Below, one piece after another: positions 33,201-45,827 of a DNA stretch of 64,000 nt. Below the pieces are notes generated by a model, which had not been told where the DNA came from, ran no database searches, and was given only the letters and a program-made list of their open reading frames with translations. Numbering within the stretch: position 1 is the first letter of the stretch; the number at the start of each line of letters is the position of its first letter. This DNA is from Antedon mediterranea (Eukaryota > Animalia > Echinodermata), in assembly GCF_964355755.1 (NCBI RefSeq), contig NC_092674.1, forward strand, positions 25,730,001 through 25,794,000. The letters run 5' to 3'. The position numbers and the translations under genes are program-made.

Positions 33201-36200
33201 TTATATTCTACTGTTATAATTATTTTATACAGGTTAATAGTGACGCTGGACCCGAGATACTTGGTTGGACAATCGCTACATTCGGCTTAGCTCAGTGCAT
33301 AGGTGCACTGTTCTTCGGTTGGTGGGCAGATCGTTTCAAAGTAATCAAGATAGCAATGATAGTCTCTGTTCTACTGACTATCATTGGAAACGTAATATAT
33401 GCCTATGCAGCAGTTCCGAGTAACGTAACCGCCGGAATAGTGATGATAATCATCGGTAGATTTTCTGTTGGTCTTGGTGCAGGTACGTTTGTCAACAGTT
33501 TTGATTAAAGAACTTGATTCTACAGCTGTCGTTAGATAGATCCTAACTGACCATCGCAATTCATTTAGATACAACTAGACTAGTATCTAGACTTGCGATG
33601 GTCAGTTAAGATCTGTCTAATGACAGGAGATTTCCAAAGCTCTTGAAATTTGAAAGATTCGTCCGAACTTTTCCACCACTAAAGTTCATTAATACCTTCT
33701 TATAACATAATGCTTAGTTTTCCAAAACACTTTCTCCTCTTTAGTTTCTTTGCTTCTTCTCCTCTTCATATATTTTCCATAACTGCCTCAATCCATGCAT
33801 ACGTCTCCTCCAATCAGCAATTTCCACACTCTTCTAATTTTTACACTTCTCCACCAATCAGAAACCTACACAATATCTTTCTTTCACCATTCTTTGGAAT
33901 CCTGCCTCATTGACTTCACAAGTATTAAAAAAAAAGGAAAACCAATTGGACAACTTGTGACAAATGCTGTATTTCGTTTTTATTTCTATAGGTGACGTCG
34001 CTTTAGGTAGAACTTATGTATCAGCAGCAACAACAATGACAGAACGAACTAAAGCTGTAGCAACCCTAAGCGCCGCCATTGCTGTCGGCTACATCGCAGG
34101 ACCACGTAAGTTTAAGTTTATTTACTGTGATCTTGTGATTGGTCAAATCACTGCGTTGCGCGTACGTCCTGCTTTGTTTAGTCAATTAGATAAAAAACAA
34201 GGATGATCTTTTAAATTATACGATTGATCTTAGTTTTGCAGACGGTATTTACTAAGATTGGCGAGGAAGGAGTGACATGGGAAGCAATTCAATTTACATT
34301 AAATATGTACACAACACCAGTTTACACTAGCGCCTTTCTTGGTATACTCAACATCATCTTGCTGGCTCTTAGATTTAAGGACTGTCCTCTATCTATTATT
34401 AACGAAAGTGACGACGCAGAAACCGGAGAAAACAAAGAAGGAAACCGTAAGTCTTGATTGGGGCTATGTCGCCTAATTCTATTTATGAGCAATTGTTGTT
34501 GAATTTGTTTACACATTTGGCAGAGCTTGTCCACCGATATCCCATGTTTCTTTGTATTGTGACTTTCTCGGACGGCTACGAAAGAGGATTGATCATAGGT
34601 AGATGACCAGGATACTTTAAGGTTTATAAGGTTCCAGATCATATATATTGTTATTGATAATCGCTGAACACAAACTATTTATTTTCTTAAAGAAACTGTT
34701 GTGGAAGAGGAGAATTTGTTAGATTGGGTAGCAGTGGGGACGACTTGTTTCCTGTTCTGTGTGACAACATTTGTATTCGCTGCCTACGACACGTAAGTAT
34801 ATTGTGACAACATTATGTGTACGGTACTGTACTTCAACTTCAAAATCAGTTTCCATTAGATAAAAGTGACTATTTTGACCCAATATTGAAAAGATAAAAG
34901 TGACTATTTTAACCCAATATTGAAAAGATAAAAGTGAATAACATGACGCAATGTTGACAAGTTAAAATTACGACGTTACGAAATGTCCTCAATTAATTAT
35001 TTCTGTTAATATACAAAAAATAACCCTTTTTCTAAACTTTTAAACCACTTTTGTAATTTTAATAATATTAAGTCAAAACTTCCATATGGGAAATGAAATT
35101 TGATGTTGTTTGTGATATTTATGTAGGATTGGCACAACATTTATAATGGATATGTATGGTTATGAACCGGACACGGCTGTATTTTATCAAGGTCTTCTAC
35201 TTTCGGCTGTTGCCGGTGTGTTTGTAGTTGTTGTCTTCTGCCTGAAGCTTCTGAAAAGGTACGTAGGCCGACATAAGTTTGGCATTACAACTTTATCTTA
35301 CAGATGAAATGGCTATAGCGCACGAAACTGCATACAAATCTAATTGTGTTGTGTACAGCCATTCGACTAGACTTTTTATGTTAGTCGACGTTTCGAGTTT
35401 TGTCTGAAATCACAAGCTCAAGCAAGTAGTATAAGTATGAAACGCCATATGTGCCAAACTATTTATCAAAACTGGAAACAGACTACCATTCGACGTGTAA
35501 TTGCGGAATGCGGGTCAGTATTACCGTACCTTGGCGATTAACGTCCATTTTAGGTGACTCTTAACTGTTTTCTGACGATGACGAAATAAAATTGGTTTAT
35601 AAATCGATGTGATTATTATTCACTATTAAATATAAGGAGGAATCGAATTATATTTCTTTGTTTTAATGATTTTGCTAGGATATTAAGTGAACGTGCTTTA
35701 TTTTTGGCTGGTTTTGTTATTACTCTTGCTGGTGTGTTTATTATGATGCCATGGGGAACTAATACAATGCTGGACGAACAAGGTAAGAAAGAACGCTAAA
35801 GCATGTTCAAACACTCTTTTCTCTTTCGGAGTTATAGTGTTTCAAACGGTTTAACTTTTCGCGTTCGAATAATGCGTGGTAACATCGGATAGGCTCTGAA
35901 CAGTTCATCGATGTTTATATCGGAGGTACATCGCATTGCTTGTATCCTTAGACAAGACACGTTACTTATGTTTGCTTTTTCAACCAAGGTGTACAAATGG
36001 GTACATGGTAAGATCAAAACAAAACATGCGCTGATTACTAGCTGCATTATGGGGCGGTATGTCTCCACGTTTTTGATTTAAAAAAATTCCATGGGGGAAT
36101 TACATTTATAAAAGATTTGTGAATTTAAGAAAACATTATCCTGACTGCGACTCGCGCCCCGGCTGACCTGGACCCTAGAGTTAATTCCTATTCTGAATTA

Positions 36201-37178
36201 TTTTTTCTACAGCAAAGAGAGCAGCAGAAGAGGAAGTTTCTCTTTTCAACACTGTTATCGATACCGGTGGCAATATAACATACAAGATTTGCTATCAGGA
36301 ATACGTTTGGTGCGAAACCACGGCGTTCATTACCTTGCCCCAATACCTGATCGGCTTTATTTTAAACATGGGCATAGGATATGGATTTGCTTTTATCATG
36401 GCGTCGACAATTTACTCAAAAGTTCTTGGCAATTTGAATCAGGTAAGATCATTGCGTTGATGGCTATGGTCACGGTGACCGTCTTTTTAGAGACAGTGAT
36501 AATGAATTTGAAGATCACTGTTTCGATGGCAGTAATGTCCTAAACCAGGAGCCAATTCTTCTGTCATGTCTGTAAGCGTTTATTATTGTTATTATCATCA
36601 TGCCTTTTGTTGTCCATCGAATGCTATTATTGTAGGCAGTCCTTATTCTTATATGAAAAGCCTCCAAAATGGACAACAACAGTTCCCTCAGCTCCTATGA
36701 TGAACAGAATAACCTTATCATGAACAAATAAAGCCCCTATTATCAAAGATGGTATATACGATCTTCGCTATTATACGACAGATTTTACCAACACGGCTCT
36801 GATACCACGCAGGCCTAACGGAGTTACTGTGCACTACAAACAGCTGCGACAATGTTAACAATTGTTCTTTTTACAATTTAGGGTAAAATGATGGGGTGGC
36901 TGACTGCAGCTGCCAGTGTTGCTCGTATCATAGGCCCAATATTCATCTCTCAAGTGTACGAATCTCAAGGCCCTCGTATGGCATTCGGCATCATGTGTCT
37001 TATTGTTATTGTATCTATATTCATGATCGCCATTTTGTACGAGAGGTTTGTACCGTACGGAATGCGAGAAATCTATAAAATACATTTTGAAGATTTGAAC
37101 TCGGAAAGTGACTACGGTGACAAAAGTAAGGACAATGCAGGATTTATCGCAGACGATGAATTAGGAACAAAGTTCTGA
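30245..37178 (+). CDS. MFSD8: Major facilitator superfamily domain-containing protein 8-like (CLN7-like), tandem copy A, about 585 aa
   Basis: Exons 30245-30417, 32600-32700, 33000-33043, 33233-33482, 33992-34105, 34234-34446, 34693-34792, 35127-35258, 35679-35782, 36213-36442, 36882-37178. All are GT-AG and in phase with no stops. MFSD8 hallmarks: [101 protein letters not shown]. Confidence 0.92.
30650..30863 (-). mobile_element. Degenerate RTE-clade LINE 3' fragment, copy-A-specific
   Basis: Minus strand gives NKWR*AGYVGR..., then degenerate [27 protein letters not shown]. Same region as 20975-21340. Confidence 0.6.
31329..31387 (+). promoter_or_regulatory. Tandem DR1 nuclear-receptor site + GATA + TCAGT, then a 21-nt exon-like segment (31367-31387), copy A
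   Basis: TGATCTTTGAACTTTGACCC (rc GGGTCA-A-AGTTCA-A-AGATCA), GATAA, then cag|TGAATTGAACAAGAAAAAGAA|gtaagt. Conserved in copy B. Confidence 0.5.
31691..32503 (+). mobile_element. Helentron-associated (HINE/pearl-like) non-autonomous element, copy-A-specific
   Basis: TTTT-AGTCGCgtggaaGCGACT 5' hairpin, two (CTGT/CGGT)n microsatellite blocks inside internal direct repeats, and 3' GCACGCGACT + GGCTGTTGGCC hairpin + TTGTT. Empty site in copy B near 40952 shows insertion at TT with no clear TSD. Confidence 0.8.
33526..33626. repeat. Foldback hairpin (MITE-like) in MFSD8 copy A intron; homologue at 42146-42249, half copy at about 49700-49752
   Basis: ctgtcgttagatagatc.taactgaccatcgcaa ... ttgcgatggtcagttaagatctgtctaatgacag. 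Confidence 0.8.
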
Positions 37179-39329
37179 TGCTACATACATTCCACTTTTA
37201 TAACAAAAAATACAAGAGAAAATAATCTGAATATTATTATTATAGTCAATGTAAAGATTGCCTTGTAAAAGAAATATGATTCCTTCTGGAAATGGCACAA
37301 TTCATTCAATCGTTCCACGTTTTTCTCATCTTTTAGAGTTTAAACGGGTGTTGCGAAAAGAACTATTTTGTAGCTGGTGGAGTTTATAATATATCTTTTA
37401 AGGCGTTTTAAGTAAACTTACTACAGTACTGTACTTATCTATTAAGTGTTAATTTACTAAATACCTTGTTTCTACTGTGATTGTCTTGTTGATATCCTTG
37501 ACGAAAAGGTAACTGGTTGTACTTATAATATTAAAGTCACTGAACGAATTTCAAAAGCTCTCCCATTTATTATCTGTGGTTGGTTGTAGTAACTCCTGTA
37601 CTACTTGTACCACTAACGATGAATAACTTATCAGATGTATTTTTAATAAATAGACATAAGTTAGACATTAAATTATAAATAACTTCGCAAGTCACAGCGA
37701 AAATAACTGAACATGTACATTTAGTATTAGGACTAAGCACGCGGATAGGGGACACCTTCGGGATCAAACAAATTTTTGTCCAATAATGTTGAATATAGTA
37801 GATGAAAGTTGAATAAAATGTAATAATGTATATAAAAATTATACAGTACATCATCTTACGACTGCAATATTGTAACAATTTAAATTATATTGCTAAATAA
37901 ATGTGAATAACAGCAGATAGTAAACAAACATACCAGACTCAATCATGGTATGTACTAATGTGTCAATTTCCTCACATAGTGCACTAGGGCACAGAGTGTC
38001 ACAACTATCGAGATAACGATTATCCAAACCTAGTACACTGTACATTGGACTGGGCGTTTTTTAGGTTAGGTATGACTGGTTGGAAATGATGGAAAATCAA
38101 ACCAACTCGATCAAACATTATTACATTCATTGTTTCTTGTAGGCCTAGATAACGTCGTGATACGTTTTTTAAATAAGTTAATGTTTTCTCAATTCATAAA
38201 ATGTATTTACATACTTTGTATGATCTGATCCCTTGGTCGAGATTTTATACAGTGTCTGCATTTACTAAACCATTACGTAATATTATTCAATGACTATACT
38301 AATCACAGTAACCATAATCGTGCGATACTACCCTAAGTAGAATCGGTCCGATTTTTTGTCAATCTAATAATAGATAATAATAAACAATCTAAAAATAAAG
38401 ATAATAAACACTGTTATCATTGCTTTATTTGACGTTTTTCCAAAATTTATTTTAATATAAACTTATCGTGATATTGCATCAGATATACTTTGTCAAGGCT
38501 TGAGTACCAACACATATCAAGTGATTTATGGTGGAAGTGTCATCAAGTATAAAAGGTAAGGCCATAAACGTATGTTATTACTTAATTATCATTTCATAAA
38601 GTTCATTTATCATTATTTATCCTCTGATCACCACTATAATATTATCGAAACTGACGGATTTAAGTATGATGTTAAACTAAAGTTATTCATCTATTTAAAA
38701 AAAATTAAATGTGTAATTGTTTGGTAACATTCGTTAAAATCGAAAATCCCTTTGGAAAGATCAAACAAAAGCGTATTTCCTTACCAAGTTTAAACTGCTT
38801 TCAATTTATTTAAATAAGACCAACAATTTAAAAACATCACCTAGTTATTTTATAGGACAGCGGGTATTAGTGTCTCTTTTCATTCGAGTGGAAGAAAAAG
38901 AATAAAACATGATATGAAGTTTGTGGTACACCGCGTGTGTGTTCTTAAAACGTTGAGTTTCACGACGTCATGAATATACTTCGATGTTCGTCAGGGTGAG
39001 AATGTGGGGGTGGGGGAGCAAATGCTTCGTAATAAAATACATGTCTAGAACACACAATCCTGAGCTAAATGCAAAAGTTTGAAGTCTTAAAGTTTCCTTT
39101 TATTATTTTAATTGAGATGAATTCCTAGGTTAATATTTCCTCCATTCATATCAACAAAGCTGAAAAAAATTAAGAGATATTTTAGAGCAACATAATTCGT
39201 ATGTCATGATGTCTGTCAAACTTACACGCAAAAATGCAAGCGTATTTAAAAGTTTCTCTCCTATTGGTTCCATTCTATCATCAATTAACAAAACTGAATT
39301 TCGTTCATTTTGTGTAATTTATAGAAAAA

Positions 39330-42300
39330 ATGGCACATCCACGAACAGTGAGCGAATCACGCTCTAGATCTGCTAGTAAACTGGAACAGAACTTGGATAA
39401 TATAGGAGCTCCGTTAACCTACGGCACTGAACTGTATAATCCAAGAACAACCCATGGAGCCGTGCTGCATGAACATGAAGATTTCGGTGAACTTTCAAGA
39501 AGGTAAAAATACAATTTCTAAAAATACAAAATGGGCATGTAACCAACAGAACAATATTGTGATATGTTGTTATATTTGGTAAATACAGTTAAACTTCCGT
39601 GAGTGGCCACCTCCCGTAAGCGGCCACCTAGCTTAACGACACTTTCAAAAGCCCGTTTGTTCTTCCTATCTATACTAGTTAGTGCATTTGGTACCTCGGC
39701 CGCGGCCACTGTTTTTTACTAACAATTTGGTTGATTGTAAAAAAAAAAAATCGTATTAACCTTTGACAACAAAAATACAATTTTGATCATATTGTACCTT
39801 ATATAGGCCTATTAGCTTAATTTCGAAGCGATTTTAAAAACATTTCTGTGAAGAACATTCCTCCTGTGTTTTGTAGATGATGAGAAAACTACACAGATTT
39901 TTACCGATCATGTAAAAGACCGAGATAAAAGCTTTTAAAATTTGTCTGAAAATCATAAATAATACATGTCTAGGCCAGCTGAAATTATTTTTTAGCAATT
40001 TCTTATCTTGATCTTTTCCTTATTACTTTGGATGGAACCTTTCCATTATTATTTTGATCAATAATAAGTGTATTGTTACGTAATCCATTTGTTGTTTATC
40101 CTTTCTGAATAAGTTTCACCAAAGTTATTCACCTAGCTAAACATTCACGTACATAGCCTAAAGTTTACTGAATGAGGGCAATTCATCCCTGCTATCGCTA
40201 TCCAAAGATAAGAAGAACTTAGTCATTGCCATTCTGAACTTTATAATATCCTGCAAATAGTTTTAATTCAATATTTTTTTTTTCAAAATGAGAAGCTAAA
40301 AATATAGGCCTAAAACAAATTATTTTATACATTAAGTAACATATCAGCTTCGGCTTGGATGGACCACCCTTGTTAAATATTGTTGAAATATAGTAATATA
40401 TAAAATGCTATATAAATATAATATTAAGATATATTTATAATAATAATTAATATTCTAATTCATTTTGTATGATCTTTGAACTTTGACCTGTCTATGATAA
40501 TATCAGTGAATTGAACAAGAAAAAGAAGTAAGTACTGCAGTATTTAGTTATTTATATTATATATTTTTTTTTTATTTTTTTTTTCTTTTCTCTTTCTTTT
40601 TTACTGTTAACAAGTCAGTAGAATTTGTGCTGCTTGATATTATGTAATTGTGAACCATTATTAACTTGTTGTACCTGTGTATATATATATTGTAATAACT
40701 GTATGACTTTATTTTGTAAACATTTTGTATGGGTCGAACCTCTTGTTACGAGAGTGTTCCTCCGTTTTAAAGGAGAGTAACCAATAAATATTATTATTGC
40801 TAGTTAGCTAGTTTGGTTATTCTATCTAAATTGTTTATTTCGACAGAAAATAATGCGCATGCGCACTTCTTTGAAATCTGAATCGATAAACTTTGCTTTG
40901 CTTTGCTATTAATTAGAGGGCGCTATTGGATGCTTCGGCAAGAGCTACAAAGTTGTCTATGTGTACAGCTAAATAATTATTATAAAAAAACCTGAAATGT
41001 ACATAATCCGTATTTAAGTTAATACCTATATTTTTTTTAAAAGGGACATGGCGATGGCCGAGACTGGTGAGACTTCTGAAGAATATGATATCCGATGGCG
41101 TTCAATCTACATTACGTATCTCACTGTGTTTTTATCAAGTACAGGTACGATAACACTTAACCTTGGACGAAACGTAGGCACAACCCATGAAAGTTAATAC
41201 ATCCATAATTATTACTCCATGATAAAGTAGTTCGGATGGTTCAATGCGTTTTGATTGGGCATTTGCTTGCGGCGCGCTTGGTTAAGTTGTTAAAGTGGCA
41301 ACACTGCCTTACTATAGTGGGTACTGGACCAGAGAAGCCCTTGATCAATGTTAGGACCAATCAAGGTACTTTAAACAGTCCTGGCTTTATTTGTGTCAAA
41401 CCTACCTGGCGGTAATTATCGCTGTTGGTTTCGATTGAATAAAAAATAAAATAAAGAGAAATTAAGATCCTTAACCGAAAAATCTAATGAAAAACTTTTT
41501 CAAATGATCTTTGCGCACAATAAGTGACTTTTAGAAATTAAACTAATTAAAGAAATTGTTTCTTTAACCAACTTCAGACTTATGCTAAATTCATATTCTT
41601 ATTTATTCATTTATTAAAAAATAGGATTGTATTGTATTTTCAGGTTTTTCATTGGTCTTGCCGTCTATATGGCCGTATATACAAAGTGTAAGTCATACAA
41701 CTTTATCAGCTACTAGAAATTCACCAACATATTATTTTGAAGATTTTAGTAATTTAACCTAATGATTTTAAAAACGAATCGTAGAGAGATGTTAGACATG
41801 TTTTAATTTAATACTAGAAGTATTAGGTCAACTGTTATGATTATTTTATACAGGTAAATAGTGACGCAGGGCCCGAGATACTTGGTTGGACAATCGCTAC
41901 ATTCGGCTTAGCTCAGTGCATCGGTGCACTGTTCTTCGGTTGGTGGGCAGATCGTTTCAAAGTAATCAAGATAGCAATGATAGTCTCTGTTCTACTGACT
42001 ATCATTGGAAACGTAATATATGCCTATGCAGCAGTTCCGAGTAACGTAACCACCGGAGTAGTGATGATAATTATCGGTAGATTTTCTGTTGGTCTTGGTG
42101 CAGGTACGTTTGTCGAAAACTTTGACTAAGAACTTGATTCTTCAGCTGTCGTTAGATAGATGCTAACTGACCATCGCAAGTCATTTAGATACAACTAGAC
42201 TTGTATCTAAATGACTTGCGATGGTCAGTTAAAACCTTTCTAATGACGGGAGATTTCCAATGCTCTTAAAAGTTAAGATTCGTCCACTTTTCCACCACTA

Positions 42301-45300
42301 AAGTTCATTAATACATTCGTATAACATAAACTTTTCCATAGCATTTTCTACTCTTTAGTTTCTTTGCTTCCTTCTATTTCGAATACCTTTTCTATAACCT
42401 CCCCTCCATTCAACATTCATTCAACAATCTCATTTCCCATGCATACGTCTCCTCCAATCAGCAACCTCCACACTCTTTTTTTAACTTTTACATTTCTCCA
42501 CCAATCAGAAACCTACACATCATCTTTCTTTCACTTTTCTATGCAATTCTGCCTCATTACATTACATTGACTTGACAAATCGCTTTAAAACAAAAGAAAA
42601 GTAATATAAATACAAATAAAACCAATCGAAAAAAAATAGAAAAGTACATCAAGTACAATTTATACATTTTATGTAACTTGTCACAAATTCACTGTTTCGT
42701 TTATTTATAGGTGACGTCGCTTTAGGTAGAACTTATGTATCAGCAGCAACAACAATGACAGAACGAACTAAAGCTGTAGCGACACTAAGCGCCGCCATTG
42801 CTGTCGGCTACATTGCGGGACCACGTAAGTTTAAGTTTATCTACTGTGAACTTGTGATTGGTCAAATCACTGCGTTGCGCGTACGTCATGCATTGTTTAG
42901 TGAATAAGTTATATTAGATAGAAAAGAAGAGGTGATATTTTAAAAAATAAGATTTATTTTAGTTTTGCAGACGGTATTTACTAAGATTGGCGAGGAAGGA
43001 GTGACATGGGAAGCAATTCAATTCACATTAAATATGTACACAACACCAGTTTACACTAGCGCCTTTCTTGGTATACTCAACATCATCTTGCTGGCTCTCA
43101 GATTTAAGGACTGTCCTCTATCTTTTAACGAAAGTGACGACGCAGAACCCGGAGAAAACAAAGAAGCAAACGGTAAGTGTTGCTTGGAGCTATGTCGCCT
43201 AATTCTTTTTATGAGCAATTGTTGTTGAATTTGCTTACACAGTGAGCAGAGCTCTTCCACCGATGTTTACGCGCTTGAGTGAAAACTCCCTATACTAAAA
43301 ATATCTCTTTGTATTGTGACTTTGTCCTACTGCTACACGAAAGAGGATTGTTTAAAGGTAGACATAGATATAGCTAGGGAACTTTAAGGTCTATAAAGTT
43401 CAGATCGTAGATATGGTTAGTGATAGTTGATGAACAAAAGCTACTTATTTTCTTGTAAAGAAACTGTTGTGGAGGAGGAGAATTTGTTAGATTGGGTAGC
43501 AGTAGGGGCAACGTGTTTCCAGTTCTGTGTGACAACTTTAATATTCGCTGCCTACGACACGTAAGTATAATGTGACAACATTATGTACGGTACTGTACTT
43601 AAAACATCAGTCTCCATTAGATAAAGGTGATTAATATGACGCACAGTTGAAAAGTTAAAACTTACGACGTTACGAATTGTCTTCAATTAATTATTTTGTT
43701 AATATACATAAAGTAACTATTTTTCTAAACTTTTAAACCACTTTTTTTATAGTTGTGGTTGATTACTGAAGTTAATTAAGGACCATGTGATATTTAGTAT
43801 AGAATTAATTAACGTATATACAAAGCTTTTTTCCATTTGATACTCCTTTAAGATTGTTACCCCTCGCTCATGAGAATTCAACACAGGTAAGATAAAACAA
43901 AGCAAACACAGAGGTTGGAAATGAAATTTTGTTTTTTTTTTATATTGTGTAGGATTGGCACGACATTTATAATGGATATGTATGGTTATGAACCGGACAC
44001 TGCTGTACTTTATCAAGGTCTTCTACTTTCGGCTGTTGCCGCCGTATTTGTAGTTGTCGTCTTCTGCCTGAAGTTTCTGAAAAGGTACGTACACAAGTTT
44101 GGCATTATAAATTACAGATGGAATGGTTGTAGCGCACGAAACTGCGCACACATCTAATTGTGTTGTGTACAGCCATTCGACTAGACTTGCCCAAGTCTGT
44201 ATTTATTGTCTTTTTTTATGTTAGTCGACGTTTCGAGTTTTGTCTGAAAATACAAGCTCAAGTAGTATATGTGAAACGCCATATGTGCTGTTTTTCTGAC
44301 GATGACGAAATAAAATTGGTTATATAAATCGATACGATTATTATTCACTATACAATATAAGGAGGAATCGAATTATCTTTCTTATTTTTCTTTTCGGTTT
44401 TTTTTGCTAGGATATTAAGTGAACGTGCTTTATTTTTGGCTGGTTTTGTAATTACTCTTGCTGGTGTGTTTATTATGATGCCATGGGGAACTAATACAAT
44501 GCTGGACGAACAAGGTAAGAAAGAACACTAAAGCATGTTTCTGCTTTCAAATAACATTACAGGCATTGGAGTTATATCAGAGGTACATCGCATTGGTTCT
44601 ATCTTAGTGTACAATGGATACAAAATTGCGCTGATCATTATATAATACAGCTATAGCTGCAATGTGAGAGTATGTTTCCAGTTGTTTTAAAACAAATGAC
44701 TTGGGTAATATTTTGAAGCGGTTATAGATGCTACACGACAAAATTATCCTGGTTGCGACGCCACATCGGCTGATCTGGATTTTCTTATTCTGAATTATCT
44801 TTTCTACAGCAAAGAGAGCAGCAGAAGAGGAAGTTTCTCTTTTCAACGCTCCTATCGATTCCGGTGGAAATATAACATACAAGATTTGCTATCAGGATTA
44901 CGGTTGGTGCGAAACCACGGCGTTCATTAGCTTTCCCCAATACCTGATCGGGTTTATTTTAAACATGGGCATAGGATATGGAATTTCTGTCATCATGGCG
45001 TCGACAATTTACTCAAAAGTTCTTGGAAATTTGAATCAGGTAAGATCATTGCGTTGATGGCTGTTGATGGCTATAGTTACGGTTACCGTCTTTTTAGAGA
45101 GAGAGTGATAATGACAAAGGTCTTGTGAATTTGAATTAGGTAAGAAGATTGCGTCGATGGCTGTGGTCACGGTGACTGTCTCTTTACGATGTACTGTTAA
45201 GAGACAGTCATGTCCGAAACCACGGTGCCGATTCTTTTATGGTATTATGTCTGCTAGCTGAGTGCCACTAGACCTCCTTATGTGGAAAGCCCACAGAATG

Positions 45301-45827
45301 GACCCAACAACAGCGCCCTCAACCACTATGATGGACAGAAAACCCCATAATGAAAATAGTTTTTATTTAATATAACCAAAGATCGTATATACGATCTTTG
45401 CTATACGACAGATTTTACCAACACGGCTCTGATACCGCACGTATAGGCCTAAAAGAGTTGTTGTGTAGTATTAAACACAGTTGTGACAATGTTTACAATT
45501 TTATTTTATCAATCTTTTTTTACAATTTAGGGTAAAATGATGGGGTGGCTGACTGCAGCTGCCAGTGTTGCTCGTATCATAGGCCCAATATTCATCTCTC
45601 AAGTGTATGAATCTCAAGGCCCTCGTATGGCATTCGGCATCATGTGTCTTATTGTTATTGTATCTATATTCATGATCGCCATTTTGTACGAGAGGTTTGT
45701 ACCGTACGGAATGCGAGAAATCTATAAAATACATTTTGAAGATTTGAACTCGGAAAGTGACTTCGGTGACAAAAGTAAAGAGAATGCAGGATTTGTCGCT
45801 GACGATGAATTAGGAACGAAGTTCTGA
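39330..45827 (+). CDS. MFSD8: Major facilitator superfamily domain-containing protein 8-like (CLN7-like), tandem copy B, about 584 aa
   Basis: Exons 39330-39502, 41044-41144, 41644-41687, 41854-42103, 42711-42824, 42963-43172, 43461-43560, 43953-44084, 44411-44514, 44810-45039, 45531-45827. Same structure as copy A, intact, roughly 95% identical in protein by manual comparison. Confidence 0.92.
39586..39712. mobile_element. pogo/Tigger-like MITE fragment, copy-B-specific
   Basis: TA-CAGTTAAACTTCCGTGAGTGGCCACCTCCCGTAAGCGGCCACC, with repeated GGCCACC subterminal motifs. Confidence 0.55.
40470..40527 (+). promoter_or_regulatory. Tandem DR1 site + GATA + TCAGT, then a 21-nt exon-like segment (40507-40527), copy B
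   Basis: TGATCTTTGAACTTTGACCT...TGATAATATCAG|TGAATTGAACAAGAAAAAGAA|gtaagt. The exon-like part is identical to copy A while the flanks diverge. Confidence 0.5.

Noticed and set aside
33640-33915. Purine-rich minus-strand stretch with LLIGGD, possible LINE endonuclease relic (also about 42280-42570)
   Set aside because: Too degenerate to assign without a translated search.
33371-45734. Antisense and off-frame ORFs over MFSD8 exons (e.g. 34322-34642, 36855-37085, 43051-43260, 45501-45734, 36289-36543)
   Set aside because: Shadows of the real coding exons. Their duplication simply follows the gene duplication.
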